Assembly: GCA_046757665.1 (NCBI GenBank)
Contig: JBHHYO010000019.1
Coordinates: 1-36,582, forward strand
Source of the DNA: Nitrospinales bacterium
GTDB lineage: Bacteria; Nitrospinota; Nitrospinia; Nitrospinales; JAJDAT01
DNA: 36,582 nucleotides
Direction of reading: 5' to 3'
Position 1 is the stretch's first letter. Each line of letters starts with the position of its first letter. Under the pieces are notes generated by a model, which made no database searches, had not been told where the DNA came from, and saw nothing but the letters and a program-made list of their open reading frames with translations. The position numbers and the translations under genes are program-made. Shown here one piece after another: positions 17,144 to 25,005 of this stretch.

Positions 17144-17724
17144 TGCCGAAATTCATGACTTGCCGAATCTGTCGAGCCATTGCCGTTTTGCTGGCCGCCG
17201 CGGCGTGCGTTTTTCATGTCGCCTGCTCGCGCGAGCCCGCCGCCGACCGCGCCGCGCCCGCCGCGATGAACATGGGCCGCGACCATGAAAAACCGCCGGA
17301 GTTCGACCACAGCGATCCCGAAAACCAGCGGCGGATGGGCATTTACCATTACAACGAAGGCAACAAGTTCCTGCGCAAAAACGATCCGCTGGAAGCCATC
17401 CGCAATTACAAAATGGCCCTGCACCACTCGCCGGATTTCCCGGAAGCCTCCATCAACCTCACCACCGCCTATTTGCAGGCCAAGCAGTTCGACGAAGCGC
17501 ACAAAGTCTTGCAAACCCTCCAGGAGAAAAATCCGAAAAACCCCATGCTGTTTTATAACCTGGCTTGCTATTATTCGCTGACATCGAAGGCGGACGCCAG
17601 CCTGGAAGCGCTGCAAAAAGCCGTCGCCCTGGGATACAAGGATTTCCGCTCGATCCGCTCCGACCCCGACCTGGCAACCCTCCGCAAAGACCCGAAATTC
17701 ACTGCCTGGATCAAGAGGTTTTAA
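17143..17724 (+). CDS. Exported TPR-repeat protein (possible lipoprotein)
   Basis: Hydrophobic N-terminus ending VACS; TPRs YNEGN..AIRNYKMAL..PDFPEA and YNLACYYSL..ALQKAVALGY..DPDLATLR; TGATG overlap with the upstream gene. Confidence 0.85.
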   Translation: MPKFMTCRICRAIAVLLAAAACVFHVACSREPAADRAAPAAMNMGRDHEKPPEFDHSDPENQRRMGIYHYNEGNKFLRKNDPLEAIRNYKMALHHSPDFPEASINLTTAYLQAKQFDEAHKVLQTLQEKNPKNPMLFYNLACYYSLTSKADASLEALQKAVALGYKDFRSIRSDPDLATLRKDPKFTAWIKRF

Positions 17725-17840
17725 CAAAGACTCTCTTTTTGATCGTTTAAATCCGGCCTAAATTATTTTGCTCACCCCTACCGGAAAATTCCTTGGCTTC
17801 AAAGCATCTTATGAGTTATTCTTCAAAAAGAAAGTGTTTG

Positions 17841-17860
17841 CTGGCGTTGCACTTGCAAGT
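17841..17860 (+). promoter_or_regulatory. Possible sigma54 promoter with overlapping 10-bp palindrome
   Basis: CTGGCGTTGCACTTGCA (GG-N10-GC) at 17841-17857; palindrome ACTTGCAAGT at 17851-17860; RBS GGAGGT at 17875-17880. Confidence 0.35.
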
Positions 17861-17886
17861 TAAATCCGCGCATTGGAGGTTCAGCC

Positions 17887-18801
17887 ATGTCTGGGAAGTG
17901 GAAGGAGGTTGTAAGATTGCGCTTTAAGGGCGACCGCTATCGGGATCATGCTCTTGATTTGACCGCCTTGAAAAAATTAGGACAATTCCAGAAAATGGTC
18001 GCGGAAACTGCCAAGGAGTTGTGGCGATCAGCTAACCCGGATCGGGAAAGATTACCCAGACATTTTGACGAGCGAACCCGGTTGTGTCTAAGAAAAATCG
18101 AGGACGGAAGTGCAACGGCTCCGCTGGAAGTTTTCATTGACGAGGAAGATCAGACCTCGTTCCTGGACCCGGAAGCAAAGGAAATTGAAGAAGCGATTGA
18201 GCTGACATATGGCGTTTTCGAGGCAGTGGATAAGGAACAACCATTACCTAAAAGCTTCCCTCAACCCCTGGCTTCGGAATATGCCCGGTGGGCGCAGGAA
18301 ATCGAGGAAGGAGAGGAAATCGAAATCCAGCCACCTCAAAAAAAACAAATCAGGATAACCGCCGAAACGGCTCAACGTCTTGCCGTATTTTGCGAAGAAT
18401 CCCATGAGGACTATGTGGACCTGATTGGAGAAGTACTTGAAGCGGATGTCCGGCAAAAACAGTTTCAATTATGGATCGATGACAAGGCCAAAGTTTTGGC
18501 AAGTTTTACCGAACATCAGGAAACTGAGGTAACTACCGCGTTAAGAGATCATAACTCCGTAAGGATGAGGATAAAAGGAACCGCCGAAATCAACTCCCAG
18601 GGGAAGGTGCTCAGGATAAAAACGGTTGAGGAGTTGACTATTTCACCTGCAAAGGAAACTGACTTCGATACCTCAGCCAAACCTATCGGGCAAATACTGG
18701 AAGAACTTGGCAAAGAGGTTCCGCAAGAGGAATGGGATAATCTTCCTGGTGATTTGACGGATAACCTTGACCACCATATTTATGGGACACCAAAACATTG
18801 A
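17887..18801 (+). CDS. Large hypothetical protein with C-terminal VapB-like antitoxin tail
   Basis: Strong RBS; AT-richer than the flanks; ends KPIGQILEELGKEVPQEEWDNLPGDLTDNLDHHIYGTPKH; stop overlaps the PIN gene start (TTGA). Confidence 0.75.
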   Translation: MSGKWKEVVRLRFKGDRYRDHALDLTALKKLGQFQKMVAETAKELWRSANPDRERLPRHFDERTRLCLRKIEDGSATAPLEVFIDEEDQTSFLDPEAKEIEEAIELTYGVFEAVDKEQPLPKSFPQPLASEYARWAQEIEEGEEIEIQPPQKKQIRITAETAQRLAVFCEESHEDYVDLIGEVLEADVRQKQFQLWIDDKAKVLASFTEHQETEVTTALRDHNSVRMRIKGTAEINSQGKVLRIKTVEELTISPAKETDFDTSAKPIGQILEELGKEVPQEEWDNLPGDLTDNLDHHIYGTPKH

Positions 18802-19217
18802 AGACGGTTTTTGTTGACACACTCTACTGGGTCGCCCGAGCAAAAACAAATGACCCTTGGGCTGATTCGGCTAAAAAAGCTGAGCAAAATTTGGGTAATG
18901 CTTTATACGTTACTACGGACGAAGTATTGACCGAATTTCTAACCCTTTTGTCGAAAGGAGGAAAAAAATTACGAAAAAAAGCCACCTTAATGGTGCACGC
19001 TATCCTGAATAACCCAAATGTCAGAGTGGTTCCTCAATCCCGCAATTCGTTTTTGAAAGGTTTGGAGTTTTATGAAGAACGAAATGATAAGGAATATAGC
19101 CTGACCGATTGTGTTTCGATGAATGTCATGAAAGCTGAGAATTTAAAAGACGTTTTGTCCAACGACCATCATTTTGAGCAGGAAGGATTTTCAATTTTGA
19201 TCAAACAAAAAAGCTAA
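18798..19217 (+). CDS. vapC: PIN-domain (VapC-family) toxin
   Basis: VFVDT, TTDEVLTE, YSLTDCVS and SNDHHFEQEGF supply the acidic PIN tetrad. Confidence 0.92.
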   Translation: MKTVFVDTLYWVARAKTNDPWADSAKKAEQNLGNALYVTTDEVLTEFLTLLSKGGKKLRKKATLMVHAILNNPNVRVVPQSRNSFLKGLEFYEERNDKEYSLTDCVSMNVMKAENLKDVLSNDHHFEQEGFSILIKQKS

Positions 19218-19231
19218 GACACACTTAGCTT
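19211..19231 (-). terminator. 8-bp hairpin over the vapC stop, with T-tract on the minus strand
   Basis: AAGCTAAG-ACACA-CTTAGCTT, followed on the minus strand by TTTTGTTT. Confidence 0.35.
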
Positions 19232-19301
19232 GATGTGCATGAAACCTCCCGTGAAAGGGTCTCCAAGGCCCGTTGCCCAAAACTATTAAAGTCCGTTTAC
19301 A

Positions 19302-19388
19302 TGTCATTCTGAACGAAGTGAAGAATCTCATGTTTTGATTTGTAGAGAGCAAGAGATTCTTCGTCGCCTTCGGCTCCTCAGAATGACA
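19302..19388. repeat. Palindromic REP-like element
   Basis: Perfect 11-bp terminal inverted repeat TGTCATTCTGA/TCAGAATGACA plus inner 10-bp inverted repeat GAAGAATCTC(19320-19329)/GAGATTCTTC(19353-19362). Confidence 0.8.
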
Positions 19389-19466
19389 CCCTTTTGAGAA
19401 CACTCCCATGCCACTGTCGGGGGTACCGGGGGTCAGGCTTGGGTTAATCTTTTTTCCATACCTCTA

Positions 19467-19532
19467 TGGCGGGTTTGCTTCAAGTGGCGGAACGGCTCTG
19501 CCTTTGATGTTGAAATCGTGGATTACCATTAA
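19467..19532 (+). pseudogene. higB: 3' remnant of HigB (RelE/ParE, plasmid maintenance killer) toxin
   Basis: Translates WRVCFKWRNGSAFDVEIVDYH*, the canonical HigB C-terminus, 17 nt before higA. No start codon lies between the in-frame TGA at 19395 and the remnant. Confidence 0.85.
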
Positions 19533-19549
19533 ACATAGGGAGACAAAAT

Positions 19550-19852
19550 ATGGCCAAACAACTAACCCCCATCCCACCGGGGGAAATCCTCCTGGAAGAG
19601 TTTATGAAGCCGATGGGAATCAGCCAGAACAAACTGGCCCGTGATATCGACGTCTCCATTGCCCGGATCAACGATATTGTCCACGCCCGCCGCGGCATTA
19701 CCGCCAACACGGCTTTGCGTCTGGGCAAGTATTTTAAAACCACCCCGGAGTTCTGGATCAATTTGCAGGGGAGGTATGACCTGAAAATTGCCCGGCGGGA
19801 TGTTTGGCCTTCCATTGAGAAAAATATTCGCCCGATTCAGCGGGTGGCTTGA
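19550..19852 (+). CDS. higA: HigA-family addiction module antitoxin
   Basis: PPGEILLEEFMKPMGISQNKLA..RINDIV..RGITANTALRLGKYFKTTPEFWINLQ; RBS GGGAG. Confidence 0.95.
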   Translation: MAKQLTPIPPGEILLEEFMKPMGISQNKLARDIDVSIARINDIVHARRGITANTALRLGKYFKTTPEFWINLQGRYDLKIARRDVWPSIEKNIRPIQRVA

Positions 19853-19913
19853 ACCGGGATGGAAGCCGAGAGTTATCTTGTGGTTCCGGAATTCAGCCAA
19901 TGCCCGTGGGCGA

Positions 19914-21092
19914 TTACTCGTTTTCTTTTTTGTCGGTGGGGATCAAGCGGATTTTGCCGTCCTGGCCGACGGCCAGTCCCATGCCGCCTTGCAGGATCGA
20001 CGCCAGGGAGGAGCCGATCAAATCTTTTCGCCATCCTTTCAGCAGGCCGTTGCCGTCCAGCTTCTTGTTTTGCTCATAATATTTGACGAAATCGCGGATT
20101 TGCCCGCGGTCCGCGAGAACGGTGGGTTCGATTTTCAATTCCTCGGAGCGGCTCTGGATATAGGCGACAAGAAGCCCCTCGACGCCGGGGTTGGTGGAAT
20201 AGCTGGCCGTTTCCGGTAAAACGGGGAATTGATCTCTCGGAACAGCCAGGCCTTTCTGCACCACCCGCAAAATCTCTTCCCCGCAACGGGAAACTTCTTT
20301 GCGGTGGAATCCGCGAATGGAGGCCAGGATGGCAAGGTCCCTGGGCAAAAGCCTTGCCACCTCCAGCAAGGGTTCGTCGCGAACGACGCTTTTGGGATGG
20401 CAATCCCTCCGCATGGCTTCTTCCTCCCTCCAGGCGGCAAGCTCCACAAGCACGGCGAGATTTTTTGGTTTTAAACCGCGGATGTTTTTTATTCTGCGAA
20501 ACTGTTGCCGCGGTTCCGGAGGCATGTAGCTTTTCGGGTCTTCCAGCGACTGGAATTCATCCCGCACCCAATCGAGGCGGTTCAGTTTTTTCAGGCGCGC
20601 CAGAATATTTTCATAAACGGGAACCAGGAAACGCACATCGTCCAAAGCGTATTTGATCTGATTGTCGCTCAAGGGTCTGCGGCACCAATCGGTATAGGTT
20701 TCGGTTTTATCGATTTTCTTTCCGGTGGTTTTGTAAACCGCCTTGGCGAAGGAAATCTGCGCCCCCCAGCCCAGCAGGGACGCCGCCACCTGGGTATCGA
20801 AAACGGGTTTGACCGCGGCCCCGCACAACCGGTACAGGATTTCCAAGTCCTGTTTTCCGGCATGGAAGACTTTCAATATTTCGGGGTTCTTGATGATTTC
20901 CAGAAGGGGATCGATGCTTTTGACGGCAATGGGATCGATGGCGGCATAAACGCCGTTTCCACCAACCTGGATAAGCCCCAGGTGGATGGAGTAGGTTTTC
21001 TCCCGCATAAACTCGGTATCAATAGCCAGCCATTTGCAACCGTCAAGTTGCTTGCAAAAATCGACCAGATGGTCTTCGGTTTTTATATACAT
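19914..21092 (-). CDS. rnd: Ribonuclease D
   Basis: AIDTEFMREKTY, KVFHAGKQDLEI, FDTQVAA, DWCRRPLS, YALDDV; HRDC region; C-terminal GWR. Confidence 0.96.
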   Translation of the reverse strand: MYIKTEDHLVDFCKQLDGCKWLAIDTEFMREKTYSIHLGLIQVGGNGVYAAIDPIAVKSIDPLLEIIKNPEILKVFHAGKQDLEILYRLCGAAVKPVFDTQVAASLLGWGAQISFAKAVYKTTGKKIDKTETYTDWCRRPLSDNQIKYALDDVRFLVPVYENILARLKKLNRLDWVRDEFQSLEDPKSYMPPEPRQQFRRIKNIRGLKPKNLAVLVELAAWREEEAMRRDCHPKSVVRDEPLLEVARLLPRDLAILASIRGFHRKEVSRCGEEILRVVQKGLAVPRDQFPVLPETASYSTNPGVEGLLVAYIQSRSEELKIEPTVLADRGQIRDFVKYYEQNKKLDGNGLLKGWRKDLIGSSLASILQGGMGLAVGQDGKIRLIPTDKKENE

Positions 21093-21231
21093 AACATGCG
21101 GTTTTCGGGAATCAGGAACCGGAGGCCAGCATTCAGACTACAAAGGACGCCCTCGCACCGGGCGATTTTTGGCGCTCTTTGCATTTTGTGGGCTTAAATT
21201 TTGGCGATCTGTCCTTAGAGGCATTCGGTTT

Positions 21232-21260
21232 AAAATAAATCCCAACCCCGGTTTTGTCAA
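21232..21260 (-). promoter_or_regulatory. Sigma70-type promoter for rnd
   Basis: Minus strand TTGACA-N17-TATTTT. Confidence 0.55.
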
Positions 21261-21413
21261 GAAATTAGAAACTTCTCTCTACTACTGTGGAATAAATTTC
21301 AGTCAAAGCATACATACTATTCTAAACGGATTATCGCCCAAGGTCGAATTTATTGCTGAAAATCGTTTATTAACAAGGACTTTTTTACCGATCTTTTTAA
21401 TCGCCGAAATTAT

Positions 21414-21442
21414 TTGACTTTTCCCTCACAAAAACCTATCTT
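21414..21442 (+). promoter_or_regulatory. Sigma70-type promoter for tsaB-ydcH
   Basis: TTGACT-N17-TATCTT, 76 nt upstream of the ATG at 21519. Confidence 0.55.
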
Positions 21443-21518
21443 GATTTTTAGAAGGGTTTTGCAATTGAGGCGCAAATCGCATCCCATTCGACTTTCATTA
21501 CAGCCTATTCTCTCAAAA

Positions 21519-22211
21519 ATGAGAATTCTAAGTATCGATTCATCCAGTCCCAGCGGCAGTATTGCCCTCCTTGAAAATCACCGGATAACAGCTCAAACAA
21601 CTCTGAAAAAAACTTCGACATTCTCCAACAGCCTGCTGTCGCTGATAGACGAGGTGCTGGTTGAAGCGCGGCGCGAGTTGTCCGCAGTGGAGGGATTCTG
21701 TCTCACCACCGGGCCGGGTTCTTTCACCGGTTTGCGCGTCGGGGTGAGCTTGGTGAAAGGATTCGTTTTGTCCACTCAAAAACCTTTTGTCGGAGTCAAT
21801 ACGCTGGAAGCGCTTGCCGCACTGGTGGAACCTGCCGGCTATCGGATTTGCCCTCTTCTGGACGCCCGGAAAAAGGAAGTCTATTCCGCCTTTTTCAAGT
21901 ACGACGGCGCACAACTCAAACGTCAATCATCCGATTGCGTCCTGCCGCCGCAAGTTCTGGTGGAAAAGATAACCGAACCCACAATTTTTATCGGACCCGG
22001 ATTGGAAAGCTACGGCAAATATCTGTCGCAAAGTCTGGGGCCGATGTTCGTCAAAACCGCCAGGATAAAAAATTATTCCACGGCCGCGAGCGCCGGGTTG
22101 ATTGCGTATGCGCGATTCGACACGGACAGGAACGCGGACCTCGACTCTTTAAACATTCACTACCTCCGCAAACCGGAGGCGGAACTCAAATTAACACAAG
22201 GAACTCTTTGA
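21519..22211 (+). CDS. tsaB: tRNA threonylcarbamoyladenosine biosynthesis protein TsaB
   Basis: MRILSIDSS, GPGSFTGLRVG, LDARKKEVY, YLRKPEAE. ATG at 21519. Confidence 0.96.
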   Translation: MRILSIDSSSPSGSIALLENHRITAQTTLKKTSTFSNSLLSLIDEVLVEARRELSAVEGFCLTTGPGSFTGLRVGVSLVKGFVLSTQKPFVGVNTLEALAALVEPAGYRICPLLDARKKEVYSAFFKYDGAQLKRQSSDCVLPPQVLVEKITEPTIFIGPGLESYGKYLSQSLGPMFVKTARIKNYSTAASAGLIAYARFDTDRNADLDSLNIHYLRKPEAELKLTQGTL

Positions 22212-22223
22212 AAAGGGGACATT

Positions 22224-22451
22224 ATGGACATTGATCCGGAATTGCTCGCAAAAGTCAAAAATGAAAACCCGGAATTCAAAAAGTTGCATGAGGAACATAT
22301 CCTTTTGAATTCCAAGGTTGACGACCTGAACAAGCGAAAGTTTCTGACGCCGGAACAGGAAATGGAAAAGAAAACCATCCAAAAGAAAAAATTGAAGAAT
22401 AAAGACCGCATGGCGGAAATCCTGAGCGAACACCACGCCGGCCTGAGTTAA
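22224..22451 (+). CDS. YdcH/DUF465 family protein
   Basis: ENPEFKKLHEEH..L..KV..L..LTPEQEME..KKKLKNKDRM; RBS GGGGA. Confidence 0.85.
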   Translation: MDIDPELLAKVKNENPEFKKLHEEHILLNSKVDDLNKRKFLTPEQEMEKKTIQKKKLKNKDRMAEILSEHHAGLS

Positions 22452-22474
22452 TCAAAACCCGCAATGATCCCGGT

Positions 22475-23053
22475 CTAACGATTTGTTTTGAGTTTGATGA
22501 TCCGCCGGATATGGCGCTTGACCTGCAAGGCCTTGGTGATGGTAAGCCAATCTTGCGGGGAATGGATTCCGGCGAGGCGGAACAAGGGTTGGTAGGCGGG
22601 CGAGCGGAACACGTTTTCAGGCAATGGTTTTTTGAAGGTCAGCCGTCCCAGCTTCCGCAGTTCGGACACACTGAGGTCCATGCCGGGTGAAGGGGTGTCT
22701 TCCGGGAAGGCCGTTTCTCCGTCCGTGCCTAAAAAGTAAACCGTCGAAAGGTTGCCGCCCTCATCCCAAACACCGATAATGCTGTATTCACGCAGTAACC
22801 GCCAAAGAGCGGCGAACCGGTCGGATGCCTGAAAGCGGGTCGAGATGCGGACTCGTTGCACGCTGGATGGGCAGGTAAAGCTTGCCGGATTGGAAAGTTC
22901 CCGCAACAGGGTGCAAAGAGATTTGTCCTTGACGTTGACCTGGACTTTGCTTTCATAAACCGTCACACCGGTGACGTTGCCGGCGAGAGCCGTTTTCCCC
23001 GCCAAAAAACAGACGATCAAAATCAATAAGACGCTCGTTTCTTTTATTTGCAT
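22475..23053 (-). CDS. Hypothetical exported protein with secretin N0/STN-like segment
   Basis: Signal peptide ending TALA; VNVKDKSLCTLLRELS..ISTRF..AALWRLLREY resembles a secretin N-terminal domain (inference). Start uncertain. Confidence 0.55.
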   Translation of the reverse strand: MQIKETSVLLILIVCFLAGKTALAGNVTGVTVYESKVQVNVKDKSLCTLLRELSNPASFTCPSSVQRVRISTRFQASDRFAALWRLLREYSIIGVWDEGGNLSTVYFLGTDGETAFPEDTPSPGMDLSVSELRKLGRLTFKKPLPENVFRSPAYQPLFRLAGIHSPQDWLTITKALQVKRHIRRIIKLKTNR

Positions 23054-23071
23054 CGTTCAATCCATTCGCGG

Positions 23072-24988
23072 TCAGCCATCGACACACGGCGCCGTTTTCT
23101 GGCGTCTGGAGTGTTGGACGTTGGCAAAAGCATAACCTGCGTCGTCAAAGCGAATGCCCAGTTCGGGCGACTCCACCAAAATATGATATTTCCCCGCCCT
23201 GGGGAAAACAAACTCGACCATGAACAATCCCTGGCCGATGGGTTTGGCCCACCGGCGGGCCTGCCAGGTTCCGTTTTGCAGGAAACTCAGAACGCGGACG
23301 TTCCTGACGTTTGTCGCCGGTTCCCGAGTCTTTGCCGACAACAGTTTAAACTGCACCCTGGAAATATCCCCCGCGCAAAACACCCCATCCTTGAGCAGGC
23401 TGAGGAAGACGCGCTGTGGATTCGTTTCTTTCTTTTCTCCGGGAGCGCCTTCCACTTTCAACTCGAAACAGGTGGCCACACGGGGAGAAGCCATCAGGAA
23501 ATAGACATCGTACATTCCACCTTCCGCAAACCGGGTGGTGGTATGGTAATGCCCCGCGGTAGCGGACTCGTTCAGCCGGTGATCGTAAACCAGCAGTCCC
23601 AGCGGCGGCGCCGTGTAGGATTTGAACGAATTGGAAGGCGCCAACATACCGCTTTCCATATAAAAATAGATCACCTTGTCTGAGGGATCGACGACCAGCG
23701 CCTTGCCGCCTTGCGGCAGAATTGCGATGGGAGAAGCGCCTGTCCGGTCCGCCAGTTCCCCCGGCCCACGGAGGCCCATGGGGATGTCGGCAAACGGCGG
23801 CGCTTTACGGCCGGCCAACGCGGAAAGCTGGATCAGGCCTACGTTGGGACTGTCCTTGTACCGAAGGTAAGCAAATGTCCGGCTGAACTCCACATGATAG
23901 GGACGGCCCCAGGTTTTGAAGCGATGCACCGGCTGGTTGACCGCCGTATCGATGATCTCCAATGAATCTTCCGTCTCGCTGACAACAAACAGAAACCGGC
24001 CGTCCGGCGTGACTTTCAGTTGTTGAATACCCGGAGACAGCCGAAGTGTTTTCATTTCCCGACCGTCTTCGTGGAACAGAACGATCAGTTCGCCCGTTAC
24101 CCGGTAGGCGACATAAAGCGCCCGGTTCAAGGGCGAATAGGCAAATCGGATATCGCCCGGAGCGATGGAAAAGGTCCGGATTTTCTGGAGACCGGGCGCA
24201 TCAATGACCGTGATTCTGCCTTCGCCGGACGCAACCACAAAGATAAGGCGCCGCGCGGGATCGAACGCAAATGCCAACGGCCCGGAGCCGACCCGGATGT
24301 TCTTCACCATTTGCCGTTTGGAACGGTCGATAGCACTGACCGTGCCGCTCCCGTCATTGCCCACCAAAATATAGTCGCTATCCGGGACCAGGTGAATGGC
24401 CGCCGGGCCGCGTCCGACTTTGATGTAACCTTCCAGTGTGTGGGAAAAAATATCGACGACGGCGACCCGGTTGTCGTCCGGCATAGTGACGTAAACCCGT
24501 TGCTCATCAAACAGCCATTGTTTTGCGTTGCCTCCCAGGGGAATCAACGCCAGCAGGTTGGACGTCGCCAACTTGACCGAAGGATTCAAGACGGCAACGC
24601 TGTTATCCTGGTTCAGGGTCAGGATGTAATAATTGTTCAGGTTGCCTTCCGCCTGGACGCTCACCCCGCCGCGGGCAAATTTTTTGATGTCGTGCTCGCA
24701 GGTTTCCTGGTCCGGACGCCCCTTTCCCCTGGCACGGGGATAAATCCAGCCGGCAGGACGGAGGTTGGAGATGCCGCGGCCGGATTGGCTGTCGGTCACC
24801 TTGAATCCAACCCGGACAGGCTGGTTCGGCTTTATCGCGGCATCCCGGGAGGTTACGGAGGTAGCAAAAAATTCAACGCTGAGGTTCCCGTTGCTCCATC
24901 GGTCCGTTGCAGGATTCGCCGACGCCGTCGAAAAGTTTAAAAAAATCAGATAGAAAACAACCGTTAAAACACTTCGCAAAACAAACAT
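23072..24988 (-). CDS. YVTN/YncE-type beta-propeller protein with C-terminal YtkA-like Ig domain, multicopper oxidase partner
   Basis: Signal peptide; repeats RVYVTMPDDNRVAVVD..IKVGRGP, VGNDGSGTVSAID..IRVGSGP, VTPDGRFLFVV; C-terminal GLFMVEFVFPRAGKYHILV. Confidence 0.85.
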   Translation of the reverse strand: MFVLRSVLTVVFYLIFLNFSTASANPATDRWSNGNLSVEFFATSVTSRDAAIKPNQPVRVGFKVTDSQSGRGISNLRPAGWIYPRARGKGRPDQETCEHDIKKFARGGVSVQAEGNLNNYYILTLNQDNSVAVLNPSVKLATSNLLALIPLGGNAKQWLFDEQRVYVTMPDDNRVAVVDIFSHTLEGYIKVGRGPAAIHLVPDSDYILVGNDGSGTVSAIDRSKRQMVKNIRVGSGPLAFAFDPARRLIFVVASGEGRITVIDAPGLQKIRTFSIAPGDIRFAYSPLNRALYVAYRVTGELIVLFHEDGREMKTLRLSPGIQQLKVTPDGRFLFVVSETEDSLEIIDTAVNQPVHRFKTWGRPYHVEFSRTFAYLRYKDSPNVGLIQLSALAGRKAPPFADIPMGLRGPGELADRTGASPIAILPQGGKALVVDPSDKVIYFYMESGMLAPSNSFKSYTAPPLGLLVYDHRLNESATAGHYHTTTRFAEGGMYDVYFLMASPRVATCFELKVEGAPGEKKETNPQRVFLSLLKDGVFCAGDISRVQFKLLSAKTREPATNVRNVRVLSFLQNGTWQARRWAKPIGQGLFMVEFVFPRAGKYHILVESPELGIRFDDAGYAFANVQHSRRQKTAPCVDG

Positions 24989-25005
24989 GAGACACCACTA
25001 GCTCA

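Noticed and set aside
19211-19465. Integron attC sites between the TA cassettes
   Set aside because: No RYYYAAC...GTTRRRY ends bound the hairpins, and no integrase is present.
19191-19644. Short ORFs 19191..19409(-) and 19408..19644(+) as a possible HigB or peptide
   Set aside because: The first is a translation of the palindromic repeat. The second is in the wrong frame; the HigB similarity lies in the frame ending at 19532.
21093-21518. ncRNA or riboswitch in the 426-bp rnd-tsaB gap
   Set aside because: No recognisable RNA motif; two divergent sigma70 promoters account for the region. An Rfam scan would settle it.
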